Virus genome (UHGV): UHGV-1367859
Strand: one strand, 5' to 3'
DNA length: 64,000 bases
From: a virus
Positions 1 through 10,747 of the stretch are shown piece by piece; the stretch's first letter is position 1, and each line of letters starts with the position of its first letter. The position numbers and the translations under genes are program-made. A model generated the notes under the pieces. That model ran no database searches and was not told the origin of the DNA. It was given only the letters and a program-made list of their open reading frames with translations.

Positions 1-2634
1 CTATAGACTTGAACTTTTCAACAAGAGGTTTGCCACCTCTAGTCTTGCCTATTTCAAGGTTATCTCTTAGCATATCCCTGCCAAGCTCAAGCACATCAAT
101 TACTTTATTCATTTCATTAAAGTCATTAGCCATAGCAGCATAAGCTGTAAGTGTGGAAGTTATATCTGTGGATATGTCATTAGCACTCTCTCCTTCCTTC
201 AACTTAGTAAAATATATAGGCAACACCTGAACTTCATTACCTTCAAAGTCTTTTACAGTTGCTCTGTCACCAAATTCTGTATCATCACTTCTTCTGATAA
301 ATTGGTCTTTAATATTCTCCCATATTTGACTTGCGCCAGATTTTACCCCATCAGATGCCTTTACCCTCTCAAGTAAGTCCTTCCTTATCTTTACTGCATT
401 ATATAGAGTAGTATATTTATCAGGCAAGTAAGAATCAAGCTGAGACTTAATACCCATAATAGTTTCCCAGTACTCTTTTTGAGCAGCAGAGAGTCTTTGG
501 AAGTCCTTATTACCATATAAGGACTTTCTAGGCATTCTAGTACCATTTACAGTTTCCATATTGGCAGCAAACCAAGCTTGTCTCTCTCTGTTGTATGCTT
601 GTGCATCATCTCCTACAGGATTCTTGCCATATTTCTCAGTAAGTTCCTTATACATCTTCCTCATAGCTTCTCTAAAGAGTCCATGATTTATTTCTGATAT
701 ATAACTACCTGTAAGTTTGCCATCACTGCCTCTTTCAAACATCCAGTCTGTAGTCTTTACCCCAGCCTGTTCAAGTTTGATAGTGGCAGCCTGCAATTGC
801 TTCATAACATCAATAGTCTGTAGTCTTGCATTTTCCTTAGACTTCTTAACTGCCTGGTCCATTATTTTAAGCATATAGTCAGAACTATCTGCCATACTGT
901 CAAGCCACCTATCAAAGAATGATATATCCTTGTCAGCCATTTTTACTAAGTCCTCTGCCTTAATTACTTTTCCTTTCCATTTGCCAAAAGGTACTATAAT
1001 ACTCTCACCTACGAATGGCTTTATGAAACTTACAAATGAAGGCAGTGATGTATTCTTGTACTTGACAAATAGGTCTCCAAGTAGGGTAGTAATATTATTC
1101 ATAGTAACTCTAACCCTTTCACCATACCTATTATCATCATACCTTTCTTCATCAATGAGAGCCGCTCTTATATCATCTACAATATGTTTGTAGCTGTACA
1201 GGTAATTTCTAACATCCCTTAGTATTTTAGCTCTCCCATTTACAGAGGTTGCAGGAGTATTCTGAAGAGCTACAAGCCTATTGTCAAGTTTACTTAACGT
1301 ATCAAGAGCATTCTCTGCAAAGGAGTATATACCTTCTATCTCATTATTATCAGCAAGTTCAGCTTCAAGCTTATCAATGAGTAGCTTTTGATTAGTGCTA
1401 AAGGTGCTATTGGGATTTCTAGCTTCATATACTTTAAGTCTCTTCAATTCATTATTAATAATCTCCTGTAAGAGCCTCTTATCTCTTGCAACCCTCTCAG
1501 TAGTATTAAAGAAGGTACTTGACCCAGTAATGTTACTTACCTTCATCTCATCATCAAGATTACCATCAAGTATATCTCTTGCTAGAGAGCCAAATGATTT
1601 ATCAGCTTGCCTCATTGCTCTTTGTATAGAGCTAGCTGATAGTCCTTGGAAGAAATTTTTTATAGAGGAGATTATCCTCTGTAGTAAATTCTTATAAGGT
1701 TTTGAGGGAATTGCTTCAGCTTGTAACAGATGCTTAGCAAGCAACTTACCAGCTGCTTCCTTCGCAAGTTTGACTTCATCTTTATTATATAGAGAGCTGT
1801 ATGTTTCGTAGTCTTCTCCTATAATCTCACTTGCAAGATTGTTAGAAGCTATAAGGTTAATAAGTCTTGTTACTAAAGGATTATTGTTACCCAGTGCTTC
1901 AAGAGCAAAGTGGGCAAACTCCTCAGGAAGAGCTTTCTCCCCTTTAATACCGTCAGCTAACCTTATCATTTCTACCATGCCCTCAGCAGCAGTTCTTGCT
2001 TGGTCAAGGTCTGTTACACCATTGATGCCCATCCTCCTTTCAAGTTCAGTTAATGCACCAATGCTTACACCATGAGAGGATAGAATATCTCTCAGCCTTT
2101 CATTAAGGCTTTCATTGTATTCTAGCTTATCAGCTTCTATAGAGTTAAATCTGTTTCTTTTTTCAACTCTAACTCCCATGAATACTCTAGAAGATTCATT
2201 GTCATAGATGTCTATAATTTTTGCAACATATTCATCTCTGAAATCAGACTCAAGATTGAACTTTCTTGCCTTGTCAGCCAGTTTCTTGTAATTCTCTTGG
2301 TTCTTAATCCATAAAGCAGGTCTATCCATACCTCTCTTAAAGTAACCAATGTCCCTATTAAGTTTCTCTAGTACCACCCTTTCAGGAATATAGTTACTAA
2401 GGTTAGTCTTTTGAAGTAAACTCCTAAGAGTTGGTTCATCATTGCTGTCAAGAACAAGCCTTGGATTCCAGCTTTGAATGAATTGTTGGCTCTTAGTTAT
2501 CTTATAGATTCTAACAGCCTCTGCTCTATTATTGGAGAGATAGGACAGTAGGTCATTGAATAACCTACTGTCCACTTTTTCACCTCTCCTATTGAGCACT
2601 TTGGGAATGATTGCACATTGTCTTGCCATTCTTT
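1..2634 (-). CDS. large protein, partial in window (start ATG at 2632-2634, continues past position 1); unknown, candidate virion/injected protein
   Basis: Hand translation of the minus strand from 2634 (MARQCAIIPKVLNRRGEKVDSR...) stays open for >870 codons to the window edge. It is absent from the ORF track because it has no stop inside the window. Head-to-tail with the giant ORF downstream. Confidence 0.6.
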
Positions 2635-2649
2635 ATCTCAATAAGTTAT

Positions 2650-5600
2650 TTATAATTCTCCAAGAAGGATTGCACCTCCACATATATCCTCATTATTAGC
2701 ATCCCTGTAGCTATCATTAGGAGCTATATCAGTGATACTATTTGAACTTGCAGATGCAGAAGAAGGTGCTTCTCCATACACAGATTCAAAGGCACTAGAA
2801 GCAGCAAGAGAAGCCATTGCCTCATAAGAGTAAGCCTCAGAATAGTCTGGCATAGACTCCAGCATTTCTGCTGTAAGTCCATTATCAGTAAACTGGGCTG
2901 CATACTCTGCAAGAGGGTCATAATTCTTCTTATTCTTGTCAATTACTGTCTCTATCTCTGAAGCAAGCTTACCATACTCATACTCCAAGAAACTGTTCTT
3001 ATATCCTAGAGGTTCAATTCTAGTATATATAGCACTATTGTCTCCTGGGAGAGTATCAGTATTATCAAAGCTAGTTGATTGTCTGTAATAATACCATCTA
3101 CCTTTGATTCTCTTACCTATAAAGTTAAAAAACTCATAAGTGACATTGCCTTCATCATCTCTTTGTTCCTTCTTGACAGCAGCCTTGTCTCCAAAAGTAG
3201 AGCTAGAATCAATGGTGATTACTATCTCATCCTTGATATTACCCTCATCATCTACAAACTTGGTTGCAGCTGTTTCAGGTATTTCAGGAACAAGTCTTCT
3301 ATTGTCAAGATGGTTATATACATATTGCTCTACAAACTCTTCATAGTTGTCCTCGTGAGTAAGGAGGTCTCTCAGAGTAGAAATATATCCTGGGATAGCA
3401 TCTCTTACTGCTGTAGGAGCAAGATGAATAAATGTAGAGGGACCAAATGCAAAGCCATTTCTGTAGTAGCTGTAGAGGAACAAGTTGAGAGCAAGTTCTT
3501 GAGCTTTAGGATTCTCCATATACAACAGGGTAGCCCAATCTCTCATATATCTTTCTCTCAGTGTAGAACTTAACTGTCCTACATTCTTGAACACAATCAC
3601 ATCAACAGGATTCTTGTCATTGTGAAGAGCTGTTTTGAGTCTCCGCACAAATTCAAGCTCAGCTATATCTTCATTATCATTCACAATCTGCTTGAAGTAA
3701 GTTGGGAAGTTGTTGATGAAATCCCTCCTCTTTTCAGCAGAAGATACTACTTTGCCACTCTTGCTTATACCACTTCCAAAGAACTCAGTCTTTGACATGA
3801 TGTAGGCAAGAAGGTCATTGTAAATACTGTTAATAGTCTTCACATTGAGCTTTCCTGTCTTAGTCATTTGTCTAAGTCCCTCAAAGATAAGGTTACCTTC
3901 ATTGTCATATTTTCCATCAAGAACCTCTTGGAATGGTCTTGAGAATTGAGGGAAATACCTTCCCATCATCCTCTCAGTCTGTCTAAGACCAAGAGTATAG
4001 AAAGCTTGAAGGAAGGGAAGAGGACTGTTGAGTAACTGTTCTCTCATTGCATCAATATCACCAGTGTATCCAAGGTGGTCTCTTATGACATTTGCATTAA
4101 CCAATGGAAACTTCCCATTAGTATATACACTTGTCAGAAGGTCATCAACCTTTTGTAACTTAATCATAGTGTCAGCAATAGTAGGGCCAGCAGCACCACC
4201 TTGGGTATCTGCTCTTGTAGCTTGTACTAACTGTCCAAGTGCATCAGCAGTGCTCATGATTCTCTTGAAGAGAAGACCTACAGCAACCTGTCTCCTATAG
4301 AAGTTTACTCTGTCTTTTTGAGACATAGTACCTACCTCTTTATAGAGTTGAATATCGCCCATGAGCATTTCAAATTCAAATGGATTGTTCTTTACATTTA
4401 CCCACGAAAGATTTTCATACATACCAGCATACTTTATAGTGTCTGCAAGTACTTCCTCTATAACAGTGTCCTTTGACTTTCCATCTCTAGAGTCTCTGAA
4501 GAACTTCCTTGTTATCTCCATGACAATAGGCTGCCTCATTAAGATAGCAATCTCAGTGGGGTTGTAGCCAAGTCTTGAGAGAAGCATAGAAGCATCTCCA
4601 GTGAAGGTATTCTGATTGGTAGCATGAAGAGTGTTATCCTTGACATTATCCACAGAGGCAGCCAAGAAGTTAGCAGTGTTTCTTGAGATGAAGTCACCAC
4701 TTTCATTCTTGACACCATGAAGTGAAGTTCTCTTTACTCCACCAAGGTTGAAAGCTCCATTCATATCATTTACAGCAAGTTGAGTATGCTGCATCAGAGC
4801 ATGGCTGGCATTATGGTTAGCATAGATACCAATCATCTTACCACCTGTCATGTTCTGTTGATGAAGAGTCACTTGTGTTCTAGGGGAAAGAGGGTCTAAC
4901 CTTCTCTTAGCCTTTGAAGCAAGTTTATCAAGAGCCTTAAGGTTACTTGTGTCTTTAGACATCCTAAGAATGTCTGCAACAGTATAACCTTTCTTGGCAA
5001 GTTCCTCTTTTGTCATAGAGTCAAGGATAGTAACAACTCTGGCTGCCATCTTCTGCTTGTCAAAACCACCAGGGTTAAGAATCTTTGATGCAGTATCAGA
5101 GTTAGTGAGAATACCCCACATCATGTCAATTAAGGCATTGTTCCTTGCCTCAAGTGACTGTTCCTGTGGTAATTTATCATAGTCATATCTCACCTTCTCG
5201 ATGCTTCTACCCAAGAAGTAATCCGATTTTCTATTCTTGAACCAAGTAGAGAATCTCTTCTGAGCAGTTGCAGAGAGCTGATACTTCTTTATCCCTTGTC
5301 CTTGAATGAACTCAAGATAGTCATCAATGTCAAGGTCTGAATCATCAGGATGTTTAGACTTGTAGTCTTCAAGACCTGCCTCAAGAACACCTTGAATCTC
5401 TTCAGAGATGTCAGCATTAGCTGGGTCAGTATAGAAGTCATCCCATGCTGCTTTGATGTCATACTCTTTTCTAAGTTTGAACTCAGGCAACATGATGTAA
5501 AGTTTATCCACGTCAAAGTCTGAACCAGACAGAGTAGTAATTTCAGCAGGTAGCATAATAGCAGAACCATTCTGTTGAGGAAGGAATCCCTTGATATATA

Positions 5601-8600
5601 GAGGAACCATTGAGTACTTATCCTCAGTTGGAACTCTATAGCCAATAAGTCTCCTAAGCTCCTCAGGCAACTTTCTGACATCAAGCTGACCATCTTCCCC
5701 CATCAGAGGCTCATAGAACTCTCTAGAGTATGCAGGCATGTAACATTCAAGATACTTGATTCTCTTGTTCTCACCTTCACCCTCATAAACTATCTTGAGC
5801 TTATCTGTTACACCATAGGCTGATACCTGAATCAAGGCACCACCTCTGATTTTCTGCTTGGTGATTCTACTCTTTATGATACTGTTAAGAAGAGTCTGAA
5901 CTCTCTGAGACTGGACAGGGTCATACAATGGAATGTTGAACTCTCCATTCTCATTAAGAGTACAGGCTCTTAACATATCAATACCATATCTCTGATTTCC
6001 TCTGATTTCCTCAAGGAGAATCTTCTCAACCTCTTTAGGGTCTTTGAAGATGTCATCCACTTCTTTGAAGGCTTGCAGGATATTCTCAGTGTTAATAGCA
6101 TTATACAACCTTAGCCATTCGGCTTTAGTCATGGTCTTGTTACCAACAGTTATCTGAGCATCATCTGCAATGTCAGCAGTAATCAGCTTCCTTATCTGAG
6201 TACCTACAAGCTGTACAGCATCAATAGCATGTTCAGGAGTAGCAGTCTGAATACCATAGTCTTCGTAACTTACTTTGTGCACTACATTAGGATTCTCCAT
6301 ACCATGAGCTATACCAGTAGTATTACCAAGAACTTTCATAGTGGTTTCATAATCCCTTGCACCATTAAGATTTATAACTCCTTGCTTTCCAACCTTAGTA
6401 GTAGACTCAAACTGAACTACATCAATTTGATTCTTCTCCATAAAGTCATTAATAGCTTTGAGCTTGCTAGACTTACCAAGAGGTCCAGAAATAGCATCAT
6501 GCAGTGCAAGAAGCAAGAACTCCGAGTTCTTATGCTGTACTGGAGTCTTTATGCCAGTGTGTCCTGGAACACCACTGTCATTATTGACCTGAGTATAGAC
6601 ATAAGGTTTCTTAGTCTGCCATATGATGTTGAAGTCTTCCATAGTCCATTGACCATTAGGGTCTGTAAGGTGTTTGTAGGCAGTTTCCATCTCATCTGTC
6701 CACTGACCCATCATACCAAGCATGGCTCTGTAAGAACTAAGACTTCTATATGCTTGAGCATCTGCAACATTGACCTTCTCAAACTGACTTAAGATATAAT
6801 CTCTCTCAATTTCAGTCATCTCCTTCTTTGCAATTTTTGCATCAAGGATTTCTTTGATGTCTGATATTGTAGAAGATACAATCTCATCATCAGCAAGATA
6901 GATAGTTCTCTCCCATGTTCTTCCTATAGTCTCACCTCTGAACCTAGCCATTGTGTTAAGTCTAAGGGAAGGAGCATGAACTTCCTTATACCTCTTCTGA
7001 AAATCCTCTATGTCCTTATAGAAAGCAAGGTCAGTAGTGGTCATCTGAATGATTTGGGAAGTAGCAAACTTGCTGTTCCAATAATACTCTCTAAGAGCGT
7101 CTTTGGAGTTATTCTTTGTTGTAAGGTTCCTTGTAATGGAGTTTAAGTCAGAAACTGATAGTTCCCCTCTTGTTACCTTATCATTGAGGATTTCCTTTAT
7201 CTGGTCGAATATCTCATTAGCTTGTCTATCATTAATTGGTTTATTATTGTTATACCTATCAAGGAGGACCATCATATCTGTAGTGAACATATCACCAAGA
7301 ACTTTCTGAGCTTCCTTGAGGGATTTAGCAACTTTCTGATTGGTTTGAGATTGTCCTTGGAAAGGGATGTGCTTGAATTTGCCATTAGGGAGTTCATCTA
7401 GAAGACCCATGTTAGCCCACTCTGTATAAGTAGACTCAAAGCCTTCTTCCATAATAGTTTCAAGAGTGTCTAGTAAGAATTGTCTGAACTGAGAAGGACT
7501 ACTTTGTCTCAGTCTTGCAAACCTATCCAAGAATGTTTCACCATTCTCATATTGTATGTTGTTAAGTTCTGGAATAAACTTGAACTCAGCTCCACCAAGA
7601 CTCTTGATTTCACCTTTTCCATCTCTTTTGATGTCAAAGTTGGCAATAGGAGAGATGTTTGCACCACTAAGATACATCTCATCTCTTTTCCTTACAAGCA
7701 TGATTCTATCATACTCCTGGTTAACAATATCAAGCATCTTGTCAAGAATGATTTCTTGATAGGTTCTCCTGTTACCATCTTCATCTGTTTCAGAGCCTGT
7801 AGTGTATCTTACAAACCTGATGAACTCAGCAGAAGGAGAGTCCGAGAGAATTGGTACATGGTACCAAGCCATCCTCTCTTTAGGCTCTGCCCAATATTCA
7901 TTAAGGAGAACTATGGTGTAATCAAGGTCATCCCAGTCCTGATAAGCAATCTTATCATGATTAAGTACTACTTTATGTTGCAATGCTTTTCTCATAGCAG
8001 GGTCAGTAACCAGCTTTTCAATCCAGTCACTTCTCCATCTGCCACCTTTATAGAACCATTCATATTGCTTGAACTCCTCTTGAATGAACTTCTCAAACCT
8101 CTCTTGATTATTCATCACATTCTTAAGCTGCTTGATAAGCTTGCCAAGATAGGAAGGAGTAACATGAGAAAAGTAAGTTTTCTCATTCTCTCTTACACTA
8201 CCCTCAATAGCATCCTCTGTAACTTCTGCAAGCATAGAAGCAATCTCATTGTATGCAGAGCCAAAGGTATTGATAAGGTCTCCTCTCTTGACAGTACCAT
8301 CTTCAGCAGTCTCTGATTTAACCTGTCCTTTCTGCACACCACTAAAGATGATATTCAGCTGGGGAAGAAGAAGCATGATAGGGTCAGTAAATGTAATACC
8401 AGGAGCTTCCTTGATATTAGTAAGAGCAGTTCTCAAGATTGCTGGGTTAGGGTCTATACCTATCATATTGAAGGTCTTCATGAGCTTATTCCAAACCTCT
8501 TCCTGCTCAAGGAGGTCAAGCCTTTCCTGAGTAGTTTTATTTTGAAACTCATTATTAAGTTCTTCAACTATAGTAAGACCTTTCTCAGCATTCTCCCTAT

Positions 8601-10482
8601 TGATTTCTCCATTCTTCTCATAGACACTATCCTCATCAAGTTGAGTACCACTTTCATAGTTACTTCTCCAAGAATCAAGAAGATAGTAGACTCCTTCTGG
8701 TTTGTTCACAGAGATAGTCTCTATCTTGAATGTGCCATCAGGGTTCGTCACCTTCTTCTGAATCCAGTACTGGACATAATCCTTTCTGAAATCCTGATAG
8801 AATTGAGAGAAGAGGGAGTCATCACTATTGACAATTTTCACTATCTGCTTAACCCAAGGTTTGAGTTTTGCAAGGTCTTCGAGGAGAGGAATCATATCTT
8901 CAGAAGTTATCATATATCTCAGCTTGTCAATCAGAGTAGCATGAACAAAGTCAGCATCAAGGTATCTATTGTTACCCAAGTCATCCTTCTCATACTTTCC
9001 CCTATAATCAAGACTGGGAGTCTCTCTGATAATCTTCCTTACAGCTTGTGACAGTGACTCACGAGAACTTACCTGTCTGAAGTTGGTCATCCAGCCATCT
9101 TTAACAGTTTCTTCTTTACCATAATCATCAGCTTGATTATCTACTTCACTTTCTCCTTCAGGGGTGTCCTCATTGAGATTGGCATCTTCGAGAGTGACAT
9201 AGTTGGGGCCTACTCTGATACCTTCTGTCATAATTAACAGACCACTTGCTTCCTCTGCCAAAGGTCTGAAATGCTCGAGTAGCTTTTGATACTCTTGGAA
9301 CTTATATGCAGCTTTCTTTTTAGCTGCTGCAAGTTTCTTTTCATCAGAGTACTTCTCTGCACCTTTAGAAGCATTTATTTTAGCAAGCTCTGCCTGTATC
9401 CTTCCTTCTTCTGTGTCACTATTGTAACTCTCAAAGATAGCTCTTACTCTGTTAAAGATATCACCAGGAGTGAGGTCCTTTATTATTTGGAATCTATCAA
9501 GTGAGTAAAGTTCCCTTCTCAAGTCCTCTCTTTGTTTAGCAGTAAGTTCTTCTTCCATCATCCTTCTATTGATGATGTCTTGCTTCTCTTTAAGAGCAGC
9601 ATCTATTTCACTACTGAATAGTCTAGAGATAAGAGTTACTCTGTCTCTTCTTACTCTTGGGTCAAAGACAAGGTCAACTGCTTTCTGCTCTGAAAGAGAA
9701 GAAATAGGAGTTCTCTCAAAGGAAGTAGTATCAAGAGTTGGGGTCTCTTGTTGCTCAGGGAGATGTGCACCAAATAGAGCATCATCCAGCATTTCTGTTG
9801 CTGATTGCCCTGAGACTATCCCTATCTGGGATAATTTACCCTGAAGATACTGGTAGAGTAAGGGAGTCCTTTCCATAGAAATATTGGAGATGTTAGTATT
9901 GAAGAAGCCATCAGCACTTCCAATAACTATCCTCTTATACTTCCCAGTATTCCACTCCTTAACAATATCTTCGATTTCAGAGTCTATTACTTTTTGAAAC
10001 TCAGCAATATCAGCATCTGTCCATCTTCCAGACACACCTTTAGCCCCCTCATGATACCATCTCTGAGTACTTATAGGCATAGCATTATCCAATCCCCTAA
10101 GCACAGCTTGGGTCATAGTAGGATAGTGCTTATCCCTACCATACTTTTGAGCATATTTAGACATTGGGCCTATAAGACCTCGTCCACTATCTCTATCAGT
10201 GTTATCAGTAAAGATGTAAAGGGACTCTGGGTCTCTTGCAACCTCTGACCTAGTCCAATTTCCTCTGTGGCTCACAATAGTAGGAGAGATGAGTGTAGGA
10301 AACTTTGAACCTCTTAGCTCACTCATGAACTTTCTAAGTTCAGACACCAAAGGCATCTCTTTAACTCTGTTAGGATTTGCCTCCCACCAAAGACCGAGCA
10401 AATTAGCTATGGTCTGAGGAGTTTCATTTTCAAAGTGGGAAGCAAACTCTTTGATTGTATCAGTTATTTCTACACAATTCAT
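2650..10482 (-). CDS. giant ~2610-aa protein, candidate virion-packaged RNA-polymerase-like protein of crAss-like phages
   Basis: ORF track 2650..10509 is TTG-extended; first ATG at 10482 (MNCVEIT...). Contains SGSDFDVDKLY, a DxDxD metal-binding loop resembling the DFDGD catalytic loop of two-barrel RNAPs. TAA stop at 2650. Size is typical of crAss giant proteins. Confidence 0.5.
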   Translation of the reverse strand: MNCVEITDTIKEFASHFENETPQTIANLLGLWWEANPNRVKEMPLVSELRKFMSELRGSKFPTLISPTIVSHRGNWTRSEVARDPESLYIFTDNTDRDSGRGLIGPMSKYAQKYGRDKHYPTMTQAVLRGLDNAMPISTQRWYHEGAKGVSGRWTDADIAEFQKVIDSEIEDIVKEWNTGKYKRIVIGSADGFFNTNISNISMERTPLLYQYLQGKLSQIGIVSGQSATEMLDDALFGAHLPEQQETPTLDTTSFERTPISSLSEQKAVDLVFDPRVRRDRVTLISRLFSSEIDAALKEKQDIINRRMMEEELTAKQREDLRRELYSLDRFQIIKDLTPGDIFNRVRAIFESYNSDTEEGRIQAELAKINASKGAEKYSDEKKLAAAKKKAAYKFQEYQKLLEHFRPLAEEASGLLIMTEGIRVGPNYVTLEDANLNEDTPEGESEVDNQADDYGKEETVKDGWMTNFRQVSSRESLSQAVRKIIRETPSLDYRGKYEKDDLGNNRYLDADFVHATLIDKLRYMITSEDMIPLLEDLAKLKPWVKQIVKIVNSDDSLFSQFYQDFRKDYVQYWIQKKVTNPDGTFKIETISVNKPEGVYYLLDSWRSNYESGTQLDEDSVYEKNGEINRENAEKGLTIVEELNNEFQNKTTQERLDLLEQEEVWNKLMKTFNMIGIDPNPAILRTALTNIKEAPGITFTDPIMLLLPQLNIIFSGVQKGQVKSETAEDGTVKRGDLINTFGSAYNEIASMLAEVTEDAIEGSVRENEKTYFSHVTPSYLGKLIKQLKNVMNNQERFEKFIQEEFKQYEWFYKGGRWRSDWIEKLVTDPAMRKALQHKVVLNHDKIAYQDWDDLDYTIVLLNEYWAEPKERMAWYHVPILSDSPSAEFIRFVRYTTGSETDEDGNRRTYQEIILDKMLDIVNQEYDRIMLVRKRDEMYLSGANISPIANFDIKRDGKGEIKSLGGAEFKFIPELNNIQYENGETFLDRFARLRQSSPSQFRQFLLDTLETIMEEGFESTYTEWANMGLLDELPNGKFKHIPFQGQSQTNQKVAKSLKEAQKVLGDMFTTDMMVLLDRYNNNKPINDRQANEIFDQIKEILNDKVTRGELSVSDLNSITRNLTTKNNSKDALREYYWNSKFATSQIIQMTTTDLAFYKDIEDFQKRYKEVHAPSLRLNTMARFRGETIGRTWERTIYLADDEIVSSTISDIKEILDAKIAKKEMTEIERDYILSQFEKVNVADAQAYRSLSSYRAMLGMMGQWTDEMETAYKHLTDPNGQWTMEDFNIIWQTKKPYVYTQVNNDSGVPGHTGIKTPVQHKNSEFLLLALHDAISGPLGKSSKLKAINDFMEKNQIDVVQFESTTKVGKQGVINLNGARDYETTMKVLGNTTGIAHGMENPNVVHKVSYEDYGIQTATPEHAIDAVQLVGTQIRKLITADIADDAQITVGNKTMTKAEWLRLYNAINTENILQAFKEVDDIFKDPKEVEKILLEEIRGNQRYGIDMLRACTLNENGEFNIPLYDPVQSQRVQTLLNSIIKSRITKQKIRGGALIQVSAYGVTDKLKIVYEGEGENKRIKYLECYMPAYSREFYEPLMGEDGQLDVRKLPEELRRLIGYRVPTEDKYSMVPLYIKGFLPQQNGSAIMLPAEITTLSGSDFDVDKLYIMLPEFKLRKEYDIKAAWDDFYTDPANADISEEIQGVLEAGLEDYKSKHPDDSDLDIDDYLEFIQGQGIKKYQLSATAQKRFSTWFKNRKSDYFLGRSIEKVRYDYDKLPQEQSLEARNNALIDMMWGILTNSDTASKILNPGGFDKQKMAARVVTILDSMTKEELAKKGYTVADILRMSKDTSNLKALDKLASKAKRRLDPLSPRTQVTLHQQNMTGGKMIGIYANHNASHALMQHTQLAVNDMNGAFNLGGVKRTSLHGVKNESGDFISRNTANFLAASVDNVKDNTLHATNQNTFTGDASMLLSRLGYNPTEIAILMRQPIVMEITRKFFRDSRDGKSKDTVIEEVLADTIKYAGMYENLSWVNVKNNPFEFEMLMGDIQLYKEVGTMSQKDRVNFYRRQVAVGLLFKRIMSTADALGQLVQATRADTQGGAAGPTIADTMIKLQKVDDLLTSVYTNGKFPLVNANVIRDHLGYTGDIDAMREQLLNSPLPFLQAFYTLGLRQTERMMGRYFPQFSRPFQEVLDGKYDNEGNLIFEGLRQMTKTGKLNVKTINSIYNDLLAYIMSKTEFFGSGISKSGKVVSSAEKRRDFINNFPTYFKQIVNDNEDIAELEFVRRLKTALHNDKNPVDVIVFKNVGQLSSTLRERYMRDWATLLYMENPKAQELALNLFLYSYYRNGFAFGPSTFIHLAPTAVRDAIPGYISTLRDLLTHEDNYEEFVEQYVYNHLDNRRLVPEIPETAATKFVDDEGNIKDEIVITIDSSSTFGDKAAVKKEQRDDEGNVTYEFFNFIGKRIKGRWYYYRQSTSFDNTDTLPGDNSAIYTRIEPLGYKNSFLEYEYGKLASEIETVIDKNKKNYDPLAEYAAQFTDNGLTAEMLESMPDYSEAYSYEAMASLAASSAFESVYGEAPSSASASSNSITDIAPNDSYRDANNEDICGGAILLGEL

Positions 10483-10506
10483 AAGCCTGTTATTAAAAGT
10501 TTTGTG

Positions 10507-10537
10507 CAAAGGTAAGTAAATTTCTTTATATAACCAA
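10507..10537 (-). promoter_or_regulatory. Bacteroidetes sigma-A type promoter (TTG-N20-TACCTTTG) upstream of the giant ORF
   Basis: Minus strand reads TTGGTTATATAAAGAAATTTACT-TACCTTTG-CAC. Same TTG-N20-TAnnTTTG architecture as four plus-strand sites in this window. Sits ~25 nt upstream of ATG 10482. Confidence 0.5.
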
Positions 10538-10747
10538 CAGTGTAAGGAAAAAACTGAAGGCTACTAATGATTGTGTTTGTTTAAGGAAAATAATTGCCCA
10601 TGTAACTCCATAAGTATAAAGCTACATGGGCAAAAGAAGTTATTTAATAACTCAACAGAGCAACAAATAACCTTTGATAAATTCATTTATTGTTGCTAAG
10701 GGAGTTAGGGTAATAGAAGTGAGGAAGGATTAGTTTGATGTTACTTA

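Noticed and set aside
930-2075. Plus-strand ORFs 930..1193, 1395..1697, 1839..2075
   Set aside because: They lie antisense inside the continuous minus-strand giant ORF 1..2634, with low-complexity Leu/Ser-rich translations typical of antisense frames.
2724-10248. Numerous 60-280 aa ORFs on both strands inside 2650..10509 (e.g. 3079..3573, 6229..6792, 7480..8316, 8542..9051)
   Set aside because: All are nested in or antisense to the 2610-aa ORF. No independent signals.
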